Shown here piece by piece: positions 1 to 10,792 of a stretch of 64,000 bases of DNA. This DNA comes from Chloroflexota bacterium (GTDB taxonomy: Bacteria; Chloroflexota; Dehalococcoidia; Lucifugimonadales; JADFKI01). The position numbers were made by a program, and so were the translations under genes. Every line of letters starts with the position of its first letter. Positions within the stretch are counted from its first letter, which is position 1. The stretch lies in assembly GCA_027623195.1 (NCBI GenBank), contig JAQBUT010000004.1, positions 32,001-96,000 of the forward strand, given 5' to 3'. Under the pieces are notes generated by a model, which saw nothing but the letters and a program-made list of their open reading frames with translations, was not told where the DNA came from and did no database searches.

Positions 1-284
1 TCCAGAACGGCGTATTGCCGGTCGTCCTGCCCGAGGAGACCGTGAACCAGATCCTCGAAAAGGCGGAGGCCAACCCAGGCTACCAGCTTCACATCGATCT
101 GGACGGCCAGCGTGTCTGGGACGAGGACGAGGAGATAGTTTCAGGCTTCGAAATCGAGTCATTCCGGCGCTACCTGCTGTTGAATGGGCTGGACGACATA
201 GGCCTCACCCTGGAGCGCGACGACGAGATCGCAACCTTCGAGGCCAACCGCAGCACTCACGGCGGGGTTCTCACCGGCGACTAA
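1..284 (+). CDS. leuD: 3-isopropylmalate dehydratase small subunit, 3' part (truncated by window edge)
   Basis: Frame reads QNGVLPVVL...IDL..Q...FEIESFRRYLLLNGLDDIGLTL, the LeuD C-terminal signature. Confidence 0.93.
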   Translation, partial: QNGVLPVVLPEETVNQILEKAEANPGYQLHIDLDGQRVWDEDEEIVSGFEIESFRRYLLLNGLDDIGLTLERDDEIATFEANRSTHGGVLTGD

Positions 285-325
285 GTTGCCGCACGAATAC
301 CAACTACAGCAAATGCCATAACATC

Positions 326-351
326 AGGGTCCGCTTATTGCGGGCCCTTTT
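326..351 (+). terminator. intrinsic terminator after leuD
   Basis: agggtccgc-ttatt-gcgggccct followed by T run. Confidence 0.7.
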
Positions 352-856
352 GCTTGCACACCTAAACCCCACTCCTACTAATCGTTAATCTCACCTACCG
401 TCCCTTCCCAACCACTAAACTGGGGTTGACTAGCTTAAACTCTTAAAGACATTCAAACGAGGAAAGACCATGATCCGACCACCGGAATGGGACTAATTCA
501 GATCAAGTGTCGACCAGGCGAAGGTGCTCTTATAGCCGCCTCCCTCACCTTGGCCATGCCATAGCGCGCGGGTTAACAGAAATGTCACTCGCTCTCCACC
601 CGTTTTGTCCCCAGTGTTATGTAAACTGCGGTCAAGGGCAGTGGGAGGACCCCCTTGCTTGGAAGGGCGATGTACCTCCTCCTCTAAGCAACTTCCTCTG
701 CCCCGAACCACACTCCCCTAATCTTCCAACTGCATCATCTGCTATTCACCGCATTAATATTCCCTTCCCCTTGCGCAGACACCTCTCATGTATGGTTTGG
801 CCTATGCCATGCTAGAGTTTCAGGCTTGAGTAATCTCTGACGAACCCAAAGTAAAT

Positions 857-893
857 AAAACGGCCCCTGGCATTTAAGCCAAGGGCCGTTTTT
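857..893. terminator. bidirectional intrinsic terminator downstream of accDA
   Basis: aaaacggcccctggc-atttaa-gccaagggccgttttt, A/T tracts on both sides. Confidence 0.75.
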
Positions 894-918
894 GCGTGCG
901 TTCTAATGGGTGTCCAGA

Positions 919-2724
919 TTAAACTTCGATTATCTCTTCATCGTTAACGGGCGTGCCGGACTGCCTCCGGGCGATTCGCCTTACACCAGTCGCCACGTAA
1001 CCCTGAAGTGCGCTGGCCTCGCGACCCACAGCGGTACGGAACCTGGAGCTATATTCGCCCATATTTCGAAACTTCTTGTACCTGCTTCGAAGCATCTTGC
1101 GCTTGGACTCAGAACGCAATTCCGCAAGCTCCTGAAGGAGAATGCGTCGTAGTTGCCTGCCCGCCTCCTCAGGATCGACGTGGGCGCCACCCGGTGGCTC
1201 CTGCACTATTAGGTCCACGATACCGTAGTCCAGACAGTCCTGCGCCGTAAGCTTTAGCGACTCGGCAGCCTCTTCGGCCCTAGATTCGTCCTGGTAAAGC
1301 AACTCGGCAGCGCCCTCAGGCGAGATGACCGTGTAGATGGCGTTCTCCATCATCAAAACTCGGTCCGCCACGCCCAGGGCAAGCGCACCCTCGCTGCCAC
1401 CCTCTCCAATGACGACAGATATGGATGGCGTCTCCAACTGACCCATTTCCGCCATCGTGCGTGCCAGGGCATTCCCCAGACCGCGCTCCTCGGAATCCAA
1501 GCTGTCATCCGCACCCGATGTGTCTATGAGCGTAATCAACGGCAGGCCAAACTTCTGAGCCAGCGCGATGGCTCTACTGGCCTTTCGGAATCCTTCGGGC
1601 CTGATGCCTGAGGAATCGTCGTAGCCAGACTTTCCTTTGCACTGGCCGATTACAACGACGGTCTGAGCCGCCAGTTGGCCGAATCCGCATAGAATTGCAC
1701 CGTCGTCGCCGTGTATTCGGTCACCATGTATCTCAACAAAATTGGTAAATATGCGAGCTATGTAATCGGACGAGGTGGGTCTGGACTCGTGCCGAGCCAA
1801 CTGAACGGAGTTCCAGGCTTCGACCTGTTGAGGCTCAACCGTAGGCGCAGCGGTTCTGTCGCCTGCAGTGAGCTGATATTGCGGTCCCAAAAGGTCTAAC
1901 ACGACGCTGAGGAGCGTTCGTAGGTGGGAGCGGTCTACCACGCCATCCAATAGGCCATGCCGCATGTGGGACTCAGCAGTATGGGCGCCGACCGGCAGAG
2001 GCTCATCGCTGGAGCGTTTGATCGCCCTCATGGGAGAGAAACCAATTATGGCCCCAGGTTCTGACACGACAATGTCGGCCAGGCTTCCGAAGCTTGCGTA
2101 TGTCTGTCCCGTGGCGGGGTTTGCCAGCACGGCGATGAAGGGGAGGCCCTTCTTGGCGAACTGGGTAGCGGCTATGCTAGTTTTGGCCATCTGCATTAGC
2201 GAGAGCACGCCCTCTTGTATACGAGCGCCTCCGCTGGTAATCACGGCGATCACCGGGAGTTTCTTCTTAGCCGCCTGCTCGAAAGCCAGCGCGACCTTTT
2301 CGCCCACAACGCAACCCATGGAGCCGCCCATGAATCCGAAGTCGAGCACTATGAGCATGGCGGGACAGCCGCCTACAGCACAGGTACCAGTCACCACGGC
2401 TTCAGTCAATCCCGTGCGCTTCTGGTCCTTAAAGATACGCTGCTTGTAGGAACCTTTGGAGGAGAAGGACAGCGGGTCCGTAGATGTGACGGACCGGTTG
2501 ATCTCTTGGAATGTATCCAGGTCGATGAGCGAGTCGATACGCTCTCGTGCGGTCATGCTGTAGTGGAATCTACAAACGTGGCAAACTCGGTGCCGGGCGT
2601 AAAGCTCTGAACCGGCAAATTGGGCGGCGCAAACTAAACAGGTTTCCCTGACTTCCGGATCGGCTTCTCCGTTATGGTCGCCTCCAGCAGAGCTGCTGAA
2701 GAGACCAGCAACACTTCGCACCAC
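919..2724 (-). CDS. accDA: acetyl-CoA carboxylase carboxyltransferase, fused beta+alpha subunits (AccD-AccA)
   Basis: N-terminal C4 zinc ribbon (CLVC...CHVC), GGSMG, SGGARIQEG (AccD); PEGFRKA, IDTSGA, GEGGSEGAL, VISPEGAA (AccA). Confidence 0.92.
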   Translation of the reverse strand: MVRSVAGLFSSSAGGDHNGEADPEVRETCLVCAAQFAGSELYARHRVCHVCRFHYSMTARERIDSLIDLDTFQEINRSVTSTDPLSFSSKGSYKQRIFKDQKRTGLTEAVVTGTCAVGGCPAMLIVLDFGFMGGSMGCVVGEKVALAFEQAAKKKLPVIAVITSGGARIQEGVLSLMQMAKTSIAATQFAKKGLPFIAVLANPATGQTYASFGSLADIVVSEPGAIIGFSPMRAIKRSSDEPLPVGAHTAESHMRHGLLDGVVDRSHLRTLLSVVLDLLGPQYQLTAGDRTAAPTVEPQQVEAWNSVQLARHESRPTSSDYIARIFTNFVEIHGDRIHGDDGAILCGFGQLAAQTVVVIGQCKGKSGYDDSSGIRPEGFRKASRAIALAQKFGLPLITLIDTSGADDSLDSEERGLGNALARTMAEMGQLETPSISVVIGEGGSEGALALGVADRVLMMENAIYTVISPEGAAELLYQDESRAEEAAESLKLTAQDCLDYGIVDLIVQEPPGGAHVDPEEAGRQLRRILLQELAELRSESKRKMLRSRYKKFRNMGEYSSRFRTAVGREASALQGYVATGVRRIARRQSGTPVNDEEIIEV

Positions 2725-2767
2725 CAGCCATGACCCTCATAAAGAAATCCAGTGTGATGTTAATCGA

Positions 2768-5452
2768 CTATACCTGATTCATTATAACATCCCGGGACTT
2801 GGAGCCGTCACTGGGGCCTACCACGGATTTTTCTTCCAATTCGTCCATTAGCCTCGCAGCTCGCGGATATCCGATACGCAACCTCCGCTGGAGCAGAGAC
2901 GTTGAAAGCTTGTTGTGCGCATGAGCCAACTCAACGGCCTTACCGAACATTTCGTCCGCGTAGGAGTCTTTTCCATCACTGGTATCTCCGTCAGAGCCGT
3001 CCTCGCTTTTCACGGGACGCAAGAATATCTGGGGTGTCCATCCCCTGGGTGTGGACTGCCAGAATTTGACCAGGTTCTCTATCTCTGCGTCGGATACGTA
3101 AGCTCCCTGTATCCTCTGGGGCCTGGAGGCGTCACGAGGCAGGTACAACATGTCGCCCTTGCCTATGAGCTTCTCAGCTCCTGTTGCGTCCAAGATCGTC
3201 CGAGAGTCGATGGACGACGTAACCCCGAAGCTCACACGGCTGGGGAAATTAGCCTTTATGAGGCCTGTAACGACGTCCACTGAAGGTCTCTGCGTGGCCA
3301 AGATCAGGTGAATGCCGGTAGCCCGACCCAGTTGCGCCAGACGACACAGAGCCTGCTCCACGTCAAAGGCTGCGGTCATCATCAGGTCCGCAAGCTCGTC
3401 CACAACCACCATAAGGAACGGCATCTGGTCTTCAGGTACCCGCTTGTTGTACACCTCGATATTCCTGACGCTAACCTCTTCCATGCGGCGATAGCGGTCC
3501 ATCATTTCACTGATGACACCCTTGAGCATGCCGACCACTTCGTCGGAATTGACCACCACCGGCGCGAGCAGGTGAGGTATGCCGTTATAAGGCGTCAGTT
3601 CCACGCGTTTGGGATCTATAAGAAGCATGCGCATTTCCGCTGGGCTTTTCTCCATTAGCAGACATGTCAAAATGGAGTTCAGGCAGACGCTCTTACCGCT
3701 ACCCGTTGCGCCAGCAATCAGCAAGTGGGGCATCTTGGCCAGGTCAATTACGACGGTTTCGCCGCCGCTGCCCTTGCCGAATGCTACTGGCAGATCACCG
3801 GAACGCTTTAGGCTCTGATATTCCTCGGTATTCATAACGCCGAGGAGGGTTACGGGACTGGGATTTGCGTTAGGTATCTCTATGCCAATCTGTGCCTTGC
3901 CCATCACAGGAGTCTCTATGCGCAGGCTGGGCGTCTTCAAGGCCAGGGACAGGTCCTTCTCTCTAGAAAGGATGCTGTCGACCTTGACGCGGGTCTTCTG
4001 CTCCATGCGTGTCACGATCTGCTTGCCACGCTCGTCCAGAACAGGCAGGCCATTTTCGTCAACCTTCTTGACCAGCTTGTCGCGCCTGACCCAGCCAGGT
4101 ATAAATCCGTACATCGTAACTGTAGGCCCGGGCCTTATCTGACCGACCTCAACCTCGATGTCGTAGTCGCCAAGCGTCTTCTTAATGATCTGTGCGGTCT
4201 CTAATATCTGGCTCTCAGATATTCCTTGCCCAGGCAGGTCCTTGAGGATACTGATTGGAGGTTTAGACCACTTCTCCTTGCGTTTTCCCAGGAGCGAAAT
4301 TGTTTTCACAATGTGGCCGTTGGAACCGCTGCTTTCGTTGATGGGAATAACGATATTCTCAGGCTCGACGACAGGCTGTGGGGCAGGAGTAGAGTCCGAT
4401 CCCCAAAAGCGGTTGAACTTGTTCCTTAAACCCGAGGTGCCTTCGTCGTCCACAGAATCTTCTGGCTCCAGGCCGTCAGAGCGTTCAAATTCAATTACGT
4501 CGTCCAAAGCCGATGGCGACGCCTGGTCGAAAATACTTACGGGCTCTGCCACATCTGCCCAGGCGTTATTAATTCCATCGCTGCCGTGGCGTTCGAATGC
4601 CGAATTCAGCTCACCATTTATGTCACTGGAAATGTCTTCTTCATCCTCGTATTCGTCACCAAGAAACGAAGCGGAGGGAAGAGTGGAAATAATCGATCCG
4701 GTGAATGCTGACGCAGGTTCGGGCATATGCGTGCCACCGTTCTGCGCGGAGATATCAAGTTCATCCAAGGAACGCAGCTTTGCGTAAGAGGAGTAGGCAT
4801 CAGAGCCGTTAGAGGTCGTTTCAAGAACCGGCTCTGCCATTTCTGTTGGGAGATTTTTCTTACGATATATTTTGCCTATGCCCCGAGCGGCAAGGACCAA
4901 CGAAATATACGCGTAGACCAGTATCTTGCCCAGGGCCATCACGGCAAAAGCGGCGAATACCGGGGACGCAAGAGCCACTATTGCGGCTCCAATGCCAACC
5001 ATTCTAAGGACGGCTTGCCATTCCACGGGGCCTGCAATCAGGTCTCCGGTCTCTCCTCCCAGGTTCACATAGCCGTTCAGGGTGAAGGAGTGCAACAGCC
5101 AATCATAAGTCTGGAAAAACGAAAGTACGCCGAGGGTGAGTGCAACGAGACCTATGGAGGCGACCCACAGCCGATAGTGCTTGAAAAGACGAGGTCTGAG
5201 GGCCAGAACGCCGACGAAGGCCACTAGCCATAACGCCACTGGAATGACACCCACACCCAAGTAAAAGAGGACCTCGTTTTGTCCAGTGAAGTAAAGCTGG
5301 GCCAGATAATCGCGGAACCAGTAGATGGCCACGCCAATTGCCACAACAGGAATTGCCAGAAGCTCGTGCCATGTCAGCCGCGATGTAATCGCCGCCATTG
5401 GGGACTTGCCGGACTGTTGGGACAGAGTAGTGTCTGCGCTGCTCTTGGCCAT
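2768..5452 (-). CDS. ftsK: DNA translocase FtsK/SpoIIIE
   Basis: N-terminal TM helices, acidic linker, PHLLIAGATGSGKS, DELADLM, ATQRPSVDV, gamma domain SLLQRRLRIGYPRAARL; start placed at MAKSS after GAGG. Confidence 0.95.
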   Translation of the reverse strand: MAKSSADTTLSQQSGKSPMAAITSRLTWHELLAIPVVAIGVAIYWFRDYLAQLYFTGQNEVLFYLGVGVIPVALWLVAFVGVLALRPRLFKHYRLWVASIGLVALTLGVLSFFQTYDWLLHSFTLNGYVNLGGETGDLIAGPVEWQAVLRMVGIGAAIVALASPVFAAFAVMALGKILVYAYISLVLAARGIGKIYRKKNLPTEMAEPVLETTSNGSDAYSSYAKLRSLDELDISAQNGGTHMPEPASAFTGSIISTLPSASFLGDEYEDEEDISSDINGELNSAFERHGSDGINNAWADVAEPVSIFDQASPSALDDVIEFERSDGLEPEDSVDDEGTSGLRNKFNRFWGSDSTPAPQPVVEPENIVIPINESSGSNGHIVKTISLLGKRKEKWSKPPISILKDLPGQGISESQILETAQIIKKTLGDYDIEVEVGQIRPGPTVTMYGFIPGWVRRDKLVKKVDENGLPVLDERGKQIVTRMEQKTRVKVDSILSREKDLSLALKTPSLRIETPVMGKAQIGIEIPNANPSPVTLLGVMNTEEYQSLKRSGDLPVAFGKGSGGETVVIDLAKMPHLLIAGATGSGKSVCLNSILTCLLMEKSPAEMRMLLIDPKRVELTPYNGIPHLLAPVVVNSDEVVGMLKGVISEMMDRYRRMEEVSVRNIEVYNKRVPEDQMPFLMVVVDELADLMMTAAFDVEQALCRLAQLGRATGIHLILATQRPSVDVVTGLIKANFPSRVSFGVTSSIDSRTILDATGAEKLIGKGDMLYLPRDASRPQRIQGAYVSDAEIENLVKFWQSTPRGWTPQIFLRPVKSEDGSDGDTSDGKDSYADEMFGKAVELAHAHNKLSTSLLQRRLRIGYPRAARLMDELEEKSVVGPSDGSKSRDVIMNQV

Positions 5453-5612
5453 TCGCCTTACCTCGTGTGGTGTGTTTGCTACCAATGGAAAATATGGTTC
5501 CATCTGTATTATGCGGTAGCAAGCATTACCAGGGTGTTACGGAAGATCACCTGAGGCACGCATACCATAAATTGTCCCGTAGAAAGGAAATGGCGCGGAG
5601 GGTATCTGCTAA

Positions 5613-7271
5613 TTACACCTGGTCGATGATAGTCAGCACTGTGGGGCGCCTTCGGGTCTCTTTAAACAGGAACCTGGAAATGGAATCCGTGACCTTGGCT
5701 TTCAACTCTTCCAACTCTAGGCCCCCTGCACCGCCCTCCTCTAGGTTTGTTGTGACCATTTTTGACGTTCTTTCAAAAAGGTCTTGGCTTTCGTCCAATT
5801 CCGCAAAGCCAGACGACACGACCTCAGGAGGAGAAAACGCCTTGCCTGTGCTCTCGCTGAGGACCACAGACACCACGACTACCCCATCCTTGGCCAGCCG
5901 CCGCCGCTCGGAGATTATGTTGCTGTGCATATCCAAAAGGTACCGGCCATCGACGAAAATGTGTCCAGCCTGGACCTTGTCAACGACATGCCCTTCTTTC
6001 GCCGTTAGCTCCAGCACATCGCCATCATCCAGGACAAACGTGTTTTCCTCTGGGATGCCCATGGACTGACCCAATTTTGCGTGGCTTATGAGGTGCCTGT
6101 GTTCGCCGTGAACCGGCACCAGATACTGGGGGTTCACCAGGCTGAGCATCATCTTCAGCTCCTCCTGGCTTGCATGGCCGTGGACGTGTACCGTCGCTAT
6201 GCGGCTGTACAGAACGTTGGCCCCTTTCCGGAACAGGTTGTCGATGGTTTTAGCCACCACCAACTCATTTCCGGGAATGGGAGATGCGGAGATTATGACG
6301 GTATCACCGGGAACGACCTCGACATCCTGATGCTGGCCGTTAGAGATCCGCACCAACGCAGAGGTGGGTTCGCCCTGGCTGCCCGTGGCCATAATGATGA
6401 CCTTATTGTGGGGAAGCTGCCGGGCATCCTTCATGGCGACTATGGTTCCCGAAGGAGCCGTCAGGTAGCCCATGTTAAGGGCCATGTTGACGTTGTTGCT
6501 CATACTGCGACCAACGACGGTTACCTTACGGTCGTACTTGATCGCCGCATCTATGACGTGCTGCACCCTGGAAATAAGGGAGGCGAAGGTAGCAACCATC
6601 ACCCTGCCCTTGGCCTCGCGTATGGCACTGTCCAGCGCCTCGCCTACGATCTTCTCAGATTCCGTGTAGCCCTTCACTTCGGCATAAGTGGAGTCAGAGC
6701 ATAGGAGCAGTACACCGTCTGCGGTGATTTGAGCCAGCGAGGCGAAGTCGGTTGCATGGCCATCAGCGGGCGTATGGTCGATCTTGAAGTCGCCGGTGTG
6801 GACCACGATGCCCAGTGGAGTGGTGATAGCTATCCCCATGGCATCTGGTATCGAATGACACACGCGGAAGAACTCCACGCGGAATTTGCCAACCTTGAAA
6901 GGCGCATAAGGCTCCACGACGTTCAAACGCGCGTCCTTGAGGGCGCCGCGTTCTCGAAGCTTCACGCTAATCAAGCCGTGGGTCAGACGCGAGGCGTACA
7001 CCGGCACGTCCAACTCTTTCAGCACATAGGGCAGCGCGCCAATGTGGTCCTCGTGCCCGTGGGTAATGAGGATAGCGCGTATCTTATCCTTGTTTTCGAT
7101 GAGGTACGTGATATCCGGTATGGCGAAGTCCACGCCAGGCATATCGCCTTCCGCGAATAGTACGCCCGCGTCAACTACAACTATGTCGTCCTCGTACTCG
7201 AAGACCATCATGTTTTGGCCTATTTCACCGAGGCCGCCCAGTGGGATAACCCTAAGAGGGGAATCTGGCAT
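5613..7271 (-). CDS. rnj: ribonuclease J
   Basis: PLGGLGEIGQN, THGHEDHIGA, HTGDFKID, GSQGEP, HVHGHA, PVHGE. Confidence 0.96.
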   Translation of the reverse strand: MPDSPLRVIPLGGLGEIGQNMMVFEYEDDIVVVDAGVLFAEGDMPGVDFAIPDITYLIENKDKIRAILITHGHEDHIGALPYVLKELDVPVYASRLTHGLISVKLRERGALKDARLNVVEPYAPFKVGKFRVEFFRVCHSIPDAMGIAITTPLGIVVHTGDFKIDHTPADGHATDFASLAQITADGVLLLCSDSTYAEVKGYTESEKIVGEALDSAIREAKGRVMVATFASLISRVQHVIDAAIKYDRKVTVVGRSMSNNVNMALNMGYLTAPSGTIVAMKDARQLPHNKVIIMATGSQGEPTSALVRISNGQHQDVEVVPGDTVIISASPIPGNELVVAKTIDNLFRKGANVLYSRIATVHVHGHASQEELKMMLSLVNPQYLVPVHGEHRHLISHAKLGQSMGIPEENTFVLDDGDVLELTAKEGHVVDKVQAGHIFVDGRYLLDMHSNIISERRRLAKDGVVVVSVVLSESTGKAFSPPEVVSSGFAELDESQDLFERTSKMVTTNLEEGGAGGLELEELKAKVTDSISRFLFKETRRRPTVLTIIDQV

Positions 7272-7439
7272 ATTTAAAGGTTCTCAATCTTACCTAAATA
7301 GGTGCTAAAAATCAGCGCTAACTTCACTGTTTCGTAAGCTAAAATTATACTCGATTTCCCCCAGCCACGTAACAGAAATGCAGTCACATTTGGCTCAAGA
7401 AAACGGGTACCAAGCTATCACCATCCCACGAAAGACAGG

Positions 7440-8063
7440 CTAGAACATAGTCACCTGCTCGGATTTGGTAGGTTCCACGGCCGATGCTGACCCAGCACTT
7501 ACCACATCCGGCTGAACAACCTGCCCTATAAGCTCCGTTAGCTGGCCGAAGTCGTGCTCTAGCACAGGCCGCAGCTTGGGGTTGTACAGAGAAGCCGCTG
7601 GATGGTACATAGGGTACACAGTCAAGTCCTTCCAACGTCTCGGCTTCCCTCGTGCATTCGTTATCGATTCACCTGGAAAGAATTTGCCGAAAGAGAACCT
7701 GCCCAGCGTGACGATGACTTTGGGCTTAATCAACGCTATCTGGGCGTCCATAAAGCCAGAGCACGCGCTCAACTCGTCAGCCATGGGGTCCCGGTTGTCC
7801 GGGGGCCTGCACTTGACCATGTTGGTGATGTAGACGTCTTCCCTGCTAAGACCTATGCCCTCCAGCAGTCCTGTCAGCACGCTGCCGGCCCGACCAATGA
7901 AGGGCTTGCCATCTCTGTCTTCGTTAGAGCCCGGGCCTTCACCAATGAACATGATGTCAGCGGTTGGCGAACCTTCACCAGGCACCGCCTGAATCCTTCC
8001 CTTCGAAAGCACGCACTGGGTACAGGATTTTATTTGTTGAAACAGCTTTTCATATTCAGACAT
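7440..8063 (-). CDS. uracil-DNA glycosylase, family 4 (Fe-S)
   Basis: [31 protein letters not shown] motifs. Confidence 0.93.
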   Translation of the reverse strand: MSEYEKLFQQIKSCTQCVLSKGRIQAVPGEGSPTADIMFIGEGPGSNEDRDGKPFIGRAGSVLTGLLEGIGLSREDVYITNMVKCRPPDNRDPMADELSACSGFMDAQIALIKPKVIVTLGRFSFGKFFPGESITNARGKPRRWKDLTVYPMYHPAASLYNPKLRPVLEHDFGQLTELIGQVVQPDVVSAGSASAVEPTKSEQVTMF

Positions 8064-8266
8064 GTTTTACTTCCCTGTATCTCAGACTCATTTCCTCGGG
8101 CGTCTCGCCCTGCATCTTATTTAAGACGTCTTTCAAGATTCAATACCATTCCTATGGATTTAAGATGACTTGTGCTTCCCGTCATGCCTCTCGGCCGTTT
8201 AGGCAAAACTATTTGTGTGGGTATGAACGCCTTGATATACTGACAGCGGAGGCACAGGCAGCATAT

Positions 8267-9127
8267 ATGACCAGGCTTGTCGGCATATTCGGATACCCCC
8301 TATCCCACTCGTTATCGCCCGCTATACAGCAGGCCGCCTTCGATTACCACAACATCGATGCAGTCTACAGTCCTTGGCAAACGCCGCCCGATGCCCTTGC
8401 ATCCGAAATCGCAAAGCTACGGGGAGACCAGTACCTTGGGGCCAACGTCACCATCCCGCACAAAGAACAGGTGATGCGACACTTGGACCGCATCGATCAG
8501 ATGGCCACTGACATCGGAGCCGTCAACACCATCGTCAAGGAAGGCAGCGAGTTGGTCGGTTACAACACCGACGCCTACGGCTTTATCAGGTCGCTCAAAG
8601 AAGGCAGCGGCCTGGAGCCCATGGGCAAACGAGCGCTGCTCCTTGGAGCCGGTGGTGCAGCTCGCGCGGCGGCCTACGCGCTGGCCCAAGAACGGGTGAT
8701 CTGCCTCACAATTGCCAACCGCACGCTTTCCCGAGCCGAATCGTTGGCAGGCGAAATCAGAAAAATTCTTCCTGAGGTTAGAGCCATTGCCACAGGCGGA
8801 CCCGACTTGCAAGAGGCCTCCCGTGAGGCCGATCTGATAGTCAATTCGACATCTATGGGCATGTGGTACGGGGAAGGCGAGGGCCAGACCATGCTGACCG
8901 CAGACTCAATTCTATTGACTGCTGTTGTGTACGACATGGTGTACAACCCACCGGAGACACCGCTTATGGTCGAGGCCCGTCATGCAGGCGCAACAGTTGT
9001 GGGCGGGCTGTCCATGCTGATCCACCAGGGCGCCGCTGCCTTCCAGCGATGGACTGGCAAAGAGGCGCCGATCACGTTGATGATGGAAGCGGGCGAGGAA
9101 GCGCTGTCCCAGATGGTAAGCGGTTAG
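8267..9127 (+). CDS. aroE: shikimate dehydrogenase
   Basis: GYPLSHSLSP, GANVTIPHK, GAVNT, NTD, GAGGAARA, DMVYNP; start at ATG 8267 (ORF-track start 7964 overlaps the udg gene). Confidence 0.95.
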   Translation: MTRLVGIFGYPLSHSLSPAIQQAAFDYHNIDAVYSPWQTPPDALASEIAKLRGDQYLGANVTIPHKEQVMRHLDRIDQMATDIGAVNTIVKEGSELVGYNTDAYGFIRSLKEGSGLEPMGKRALLLGAGGAARAAAYALAQERVICLTIANRTLSRAESLAGEIRKILPEVRAIATGGPDLQEASREADLIVNSTSMGMWYGEGEGQTMLTADSILLTAVVYDMVYNPPETPLMVEARHAGATVVGGLSMLIHQGAAAFQRWTGKEAPITLMMEAGEEALSQMVSG

Positions 9128-10792
9128 TTGACTACACAGGCGAAATCCAACATCTACGTCACCGGCTTTTCCGGCACCGGCAAGACAACTGTGAGCATGG
9201 AGTTGGCCCGTCTCTTGAACAGGCGCTACGTCGACCTGGATGACGAGATTACGAACGCTGCTGGCAAAGCCATCCAAGAAATCTTTGCGGACGAAGGCGA
9301 GGCCCGGTTTCGAGAAATTGAGAGCCAGGCTCTTAGAAATATAAGTTTGGCTGGCGATCAGGTCGTGTCAACGGGCGGCGGCATTGTGACCGACTCCGAC
9401 AATAGATCTATCATGGATTCCACTGGATTCGTCGTATGCCTGGAAGCCTCGCCGGAAACCATATACAGTCGCCTGGAGGCACAGCGTCCGGACGAGCCAG
9501 GTGTAGCGCGCCCTATGCTCGACTCCGAAGATCCCCTGGAACGCATCCGCTCGTTGAAAAGCCAGCGTCAGGTGCACTATACTACCGCCCACTGCACTGT
9601 AGACACCGACGGCCTTACACCGGTTCAGGTGGCAGAGAAAATAGTAGTGGCGTGGAATATGCGAAACAGTCAGCCTAATGCAAACAAAGATGCCCAAGAC
9701 TCGGATTTGGCCTCCATCGTTAGGACATCTCAGGGCGACTACCCCATCTGGGTGGGATGGGGAATTCTCGACGAGTTAGGCGAGCGTATCCAGCGCACTC
9801 TCTCGCCCGGAACCGCGTACATCATCTCGGACGAACACGTGTCGCGACACGCTAGACGCGCGCAGCTTGCCATGGAAGCTGTAGGAATCCCGACCCACAT
9901 ATTCATGATGCCTCCCGGAGAACAGCACAAGACCCTGGAAACGGTGCAGCATGTTTACGCCTGGTTGGCAGACCGAAAAGCAGAGCGCGGGCACTTGATC
10001 GTTGCCGTGGGGGGCGGGGTCGTAGGCGACCTGGCGGGACTGGTTGCGGCCACATATTTACGAGGCATGCCTTTTGCCCAGGTACCAACAAGCCTACTGG
10101 CCATGATGGACGCTGCCATAGGGGGCAAGGTCGCAGTAGACCTACCACAGGGCAAAAACCTGGTTGGCGCCTTCTACCAGCCGAAGTTCGTTCTTTCGGA
10201 TGTGAGCACCCTACAAACGCTGCCGAAGCGGGAGCTAACGTCAGGTTGGGCCGAGGCAATCAAGCACGGGCTTATTCTAGATCCGGAACTGCTGGACTCG
10301 TTCGAGCGCGACCGAGAAGACATACTTTCCTTACAGCCGGACGTGGCCACGGACATCATCCGACGCAGCGTAGCTATAAAGGCAAATATCGTCTCGCAGG
10401 ACGAGCGCGAGACCCTGGGCATTCGAATACTGCTCAACTACGGCCACACTCTGGGTCACGCCATCGAGGCTGCCAGCGGATACGGCAACTTCCTACATGG
10501 CGAGGCCGTCAGCATCGGAATGATGGGATCAGCGTACATCGGCAACGCAATGGGTATGATGAGCGACGACGAGGTGGAGCGTCAACGTGCTGTGCTGGAG
10601 AGCTATGGCCTTCCACTAACCTGCGGCGAGATCAATATTGAGGCCATCAATAATGCCATGCTGTCTGATAAGAAAACGGCTGGGCGGGCCATCCGATGGG
10701 TCCTGCTGGACGGCATAGGAAACGCAACCACCCGAAACGATATACCCGCCGAAAAAGTTCAGGAGATCATTAGAAAGCTCACGGCAGACTAG
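9128..10792 (+). CDS. aroKB: bifunctional shikimate kinase / 3-dehydroquinate synthase (AroK-AroB fusion)
   Basis: GFSGTGKTT, GEARFREIE, STGGG, RPML then GGGVVGDLAG, PTSLLAMMDAAIGGK, GKNLVGAFYQP, LNYGHTLGHAIE. Confidence 0.95.
   Translation: MTTQAKSNIYVTGFSGTGKTTVSMELARLLNRRYVDLDDEITNAAGKAIQEIFADEGEARFREIESQALRNISLAGDQVVSTGGGIVTDSDNRSIMDSTGFVVCLEASPETIYSRLEAQRPDEPGVARPMLDSEDPLERIRSLKSQRQVHYTTAHCTVDTDGLTPVQVAEKIVVAWNMRNSQPNANKDAQDSDLASIVRTSQGDYPIWVGWGILDELGERIQRTLSPGTAYIISDEHVSRHARRAQLAMEAVGIPTHIFMMPPGEQHKTLETVQHVYAWLADRKAERGHLIVAVGGGVVGDLAGLVAATYLRGMPFAQVPTSLLAMMDAAIGGKVAVDLPQGKNLVGAFYQPKFVLSDVSTLQTLPKRELTSGWAEAIKHGLILDPELLDSFERDREDILSLQPDVATDIIRRSVAIKANIVSQDERETLGIRILLNYGHTLGHAIEAASGYGNFLHGEAVSIGMMGSAYIGNAMGMMSDDEVERQRAVLESYGLPLTCGEINIEAINNAMLSDKKTAGRAIRWVLLDGIGNATTRNDIPAEKVQEIIRKLTAD

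Noticed and set aside
471..815. RBS-preceded ATG at 471 and the 102-aa ORF 507-815 with a CPQC motif
   Set aside because: The frame from 471 stops after 8 codons and no family is recognisable; at most a decayed gene, which I cannot support
838..860. CTGACGA as a possible hammerhead ribozyme core
   Set aside because: No GAAA partner or flanking stems; the adjacent hairpin is explained as a terminator
7964..8266. Long N-terminal extension of aroE in the ORF track
   Set aside because: Overlaps the divergent udg gene and its promoter region; AroE homology starts at 8267
919..10792. accD-accA and aroK-aroB fusions as novelties
   Set aside because: Both fusions are already known in several bacterial lineages
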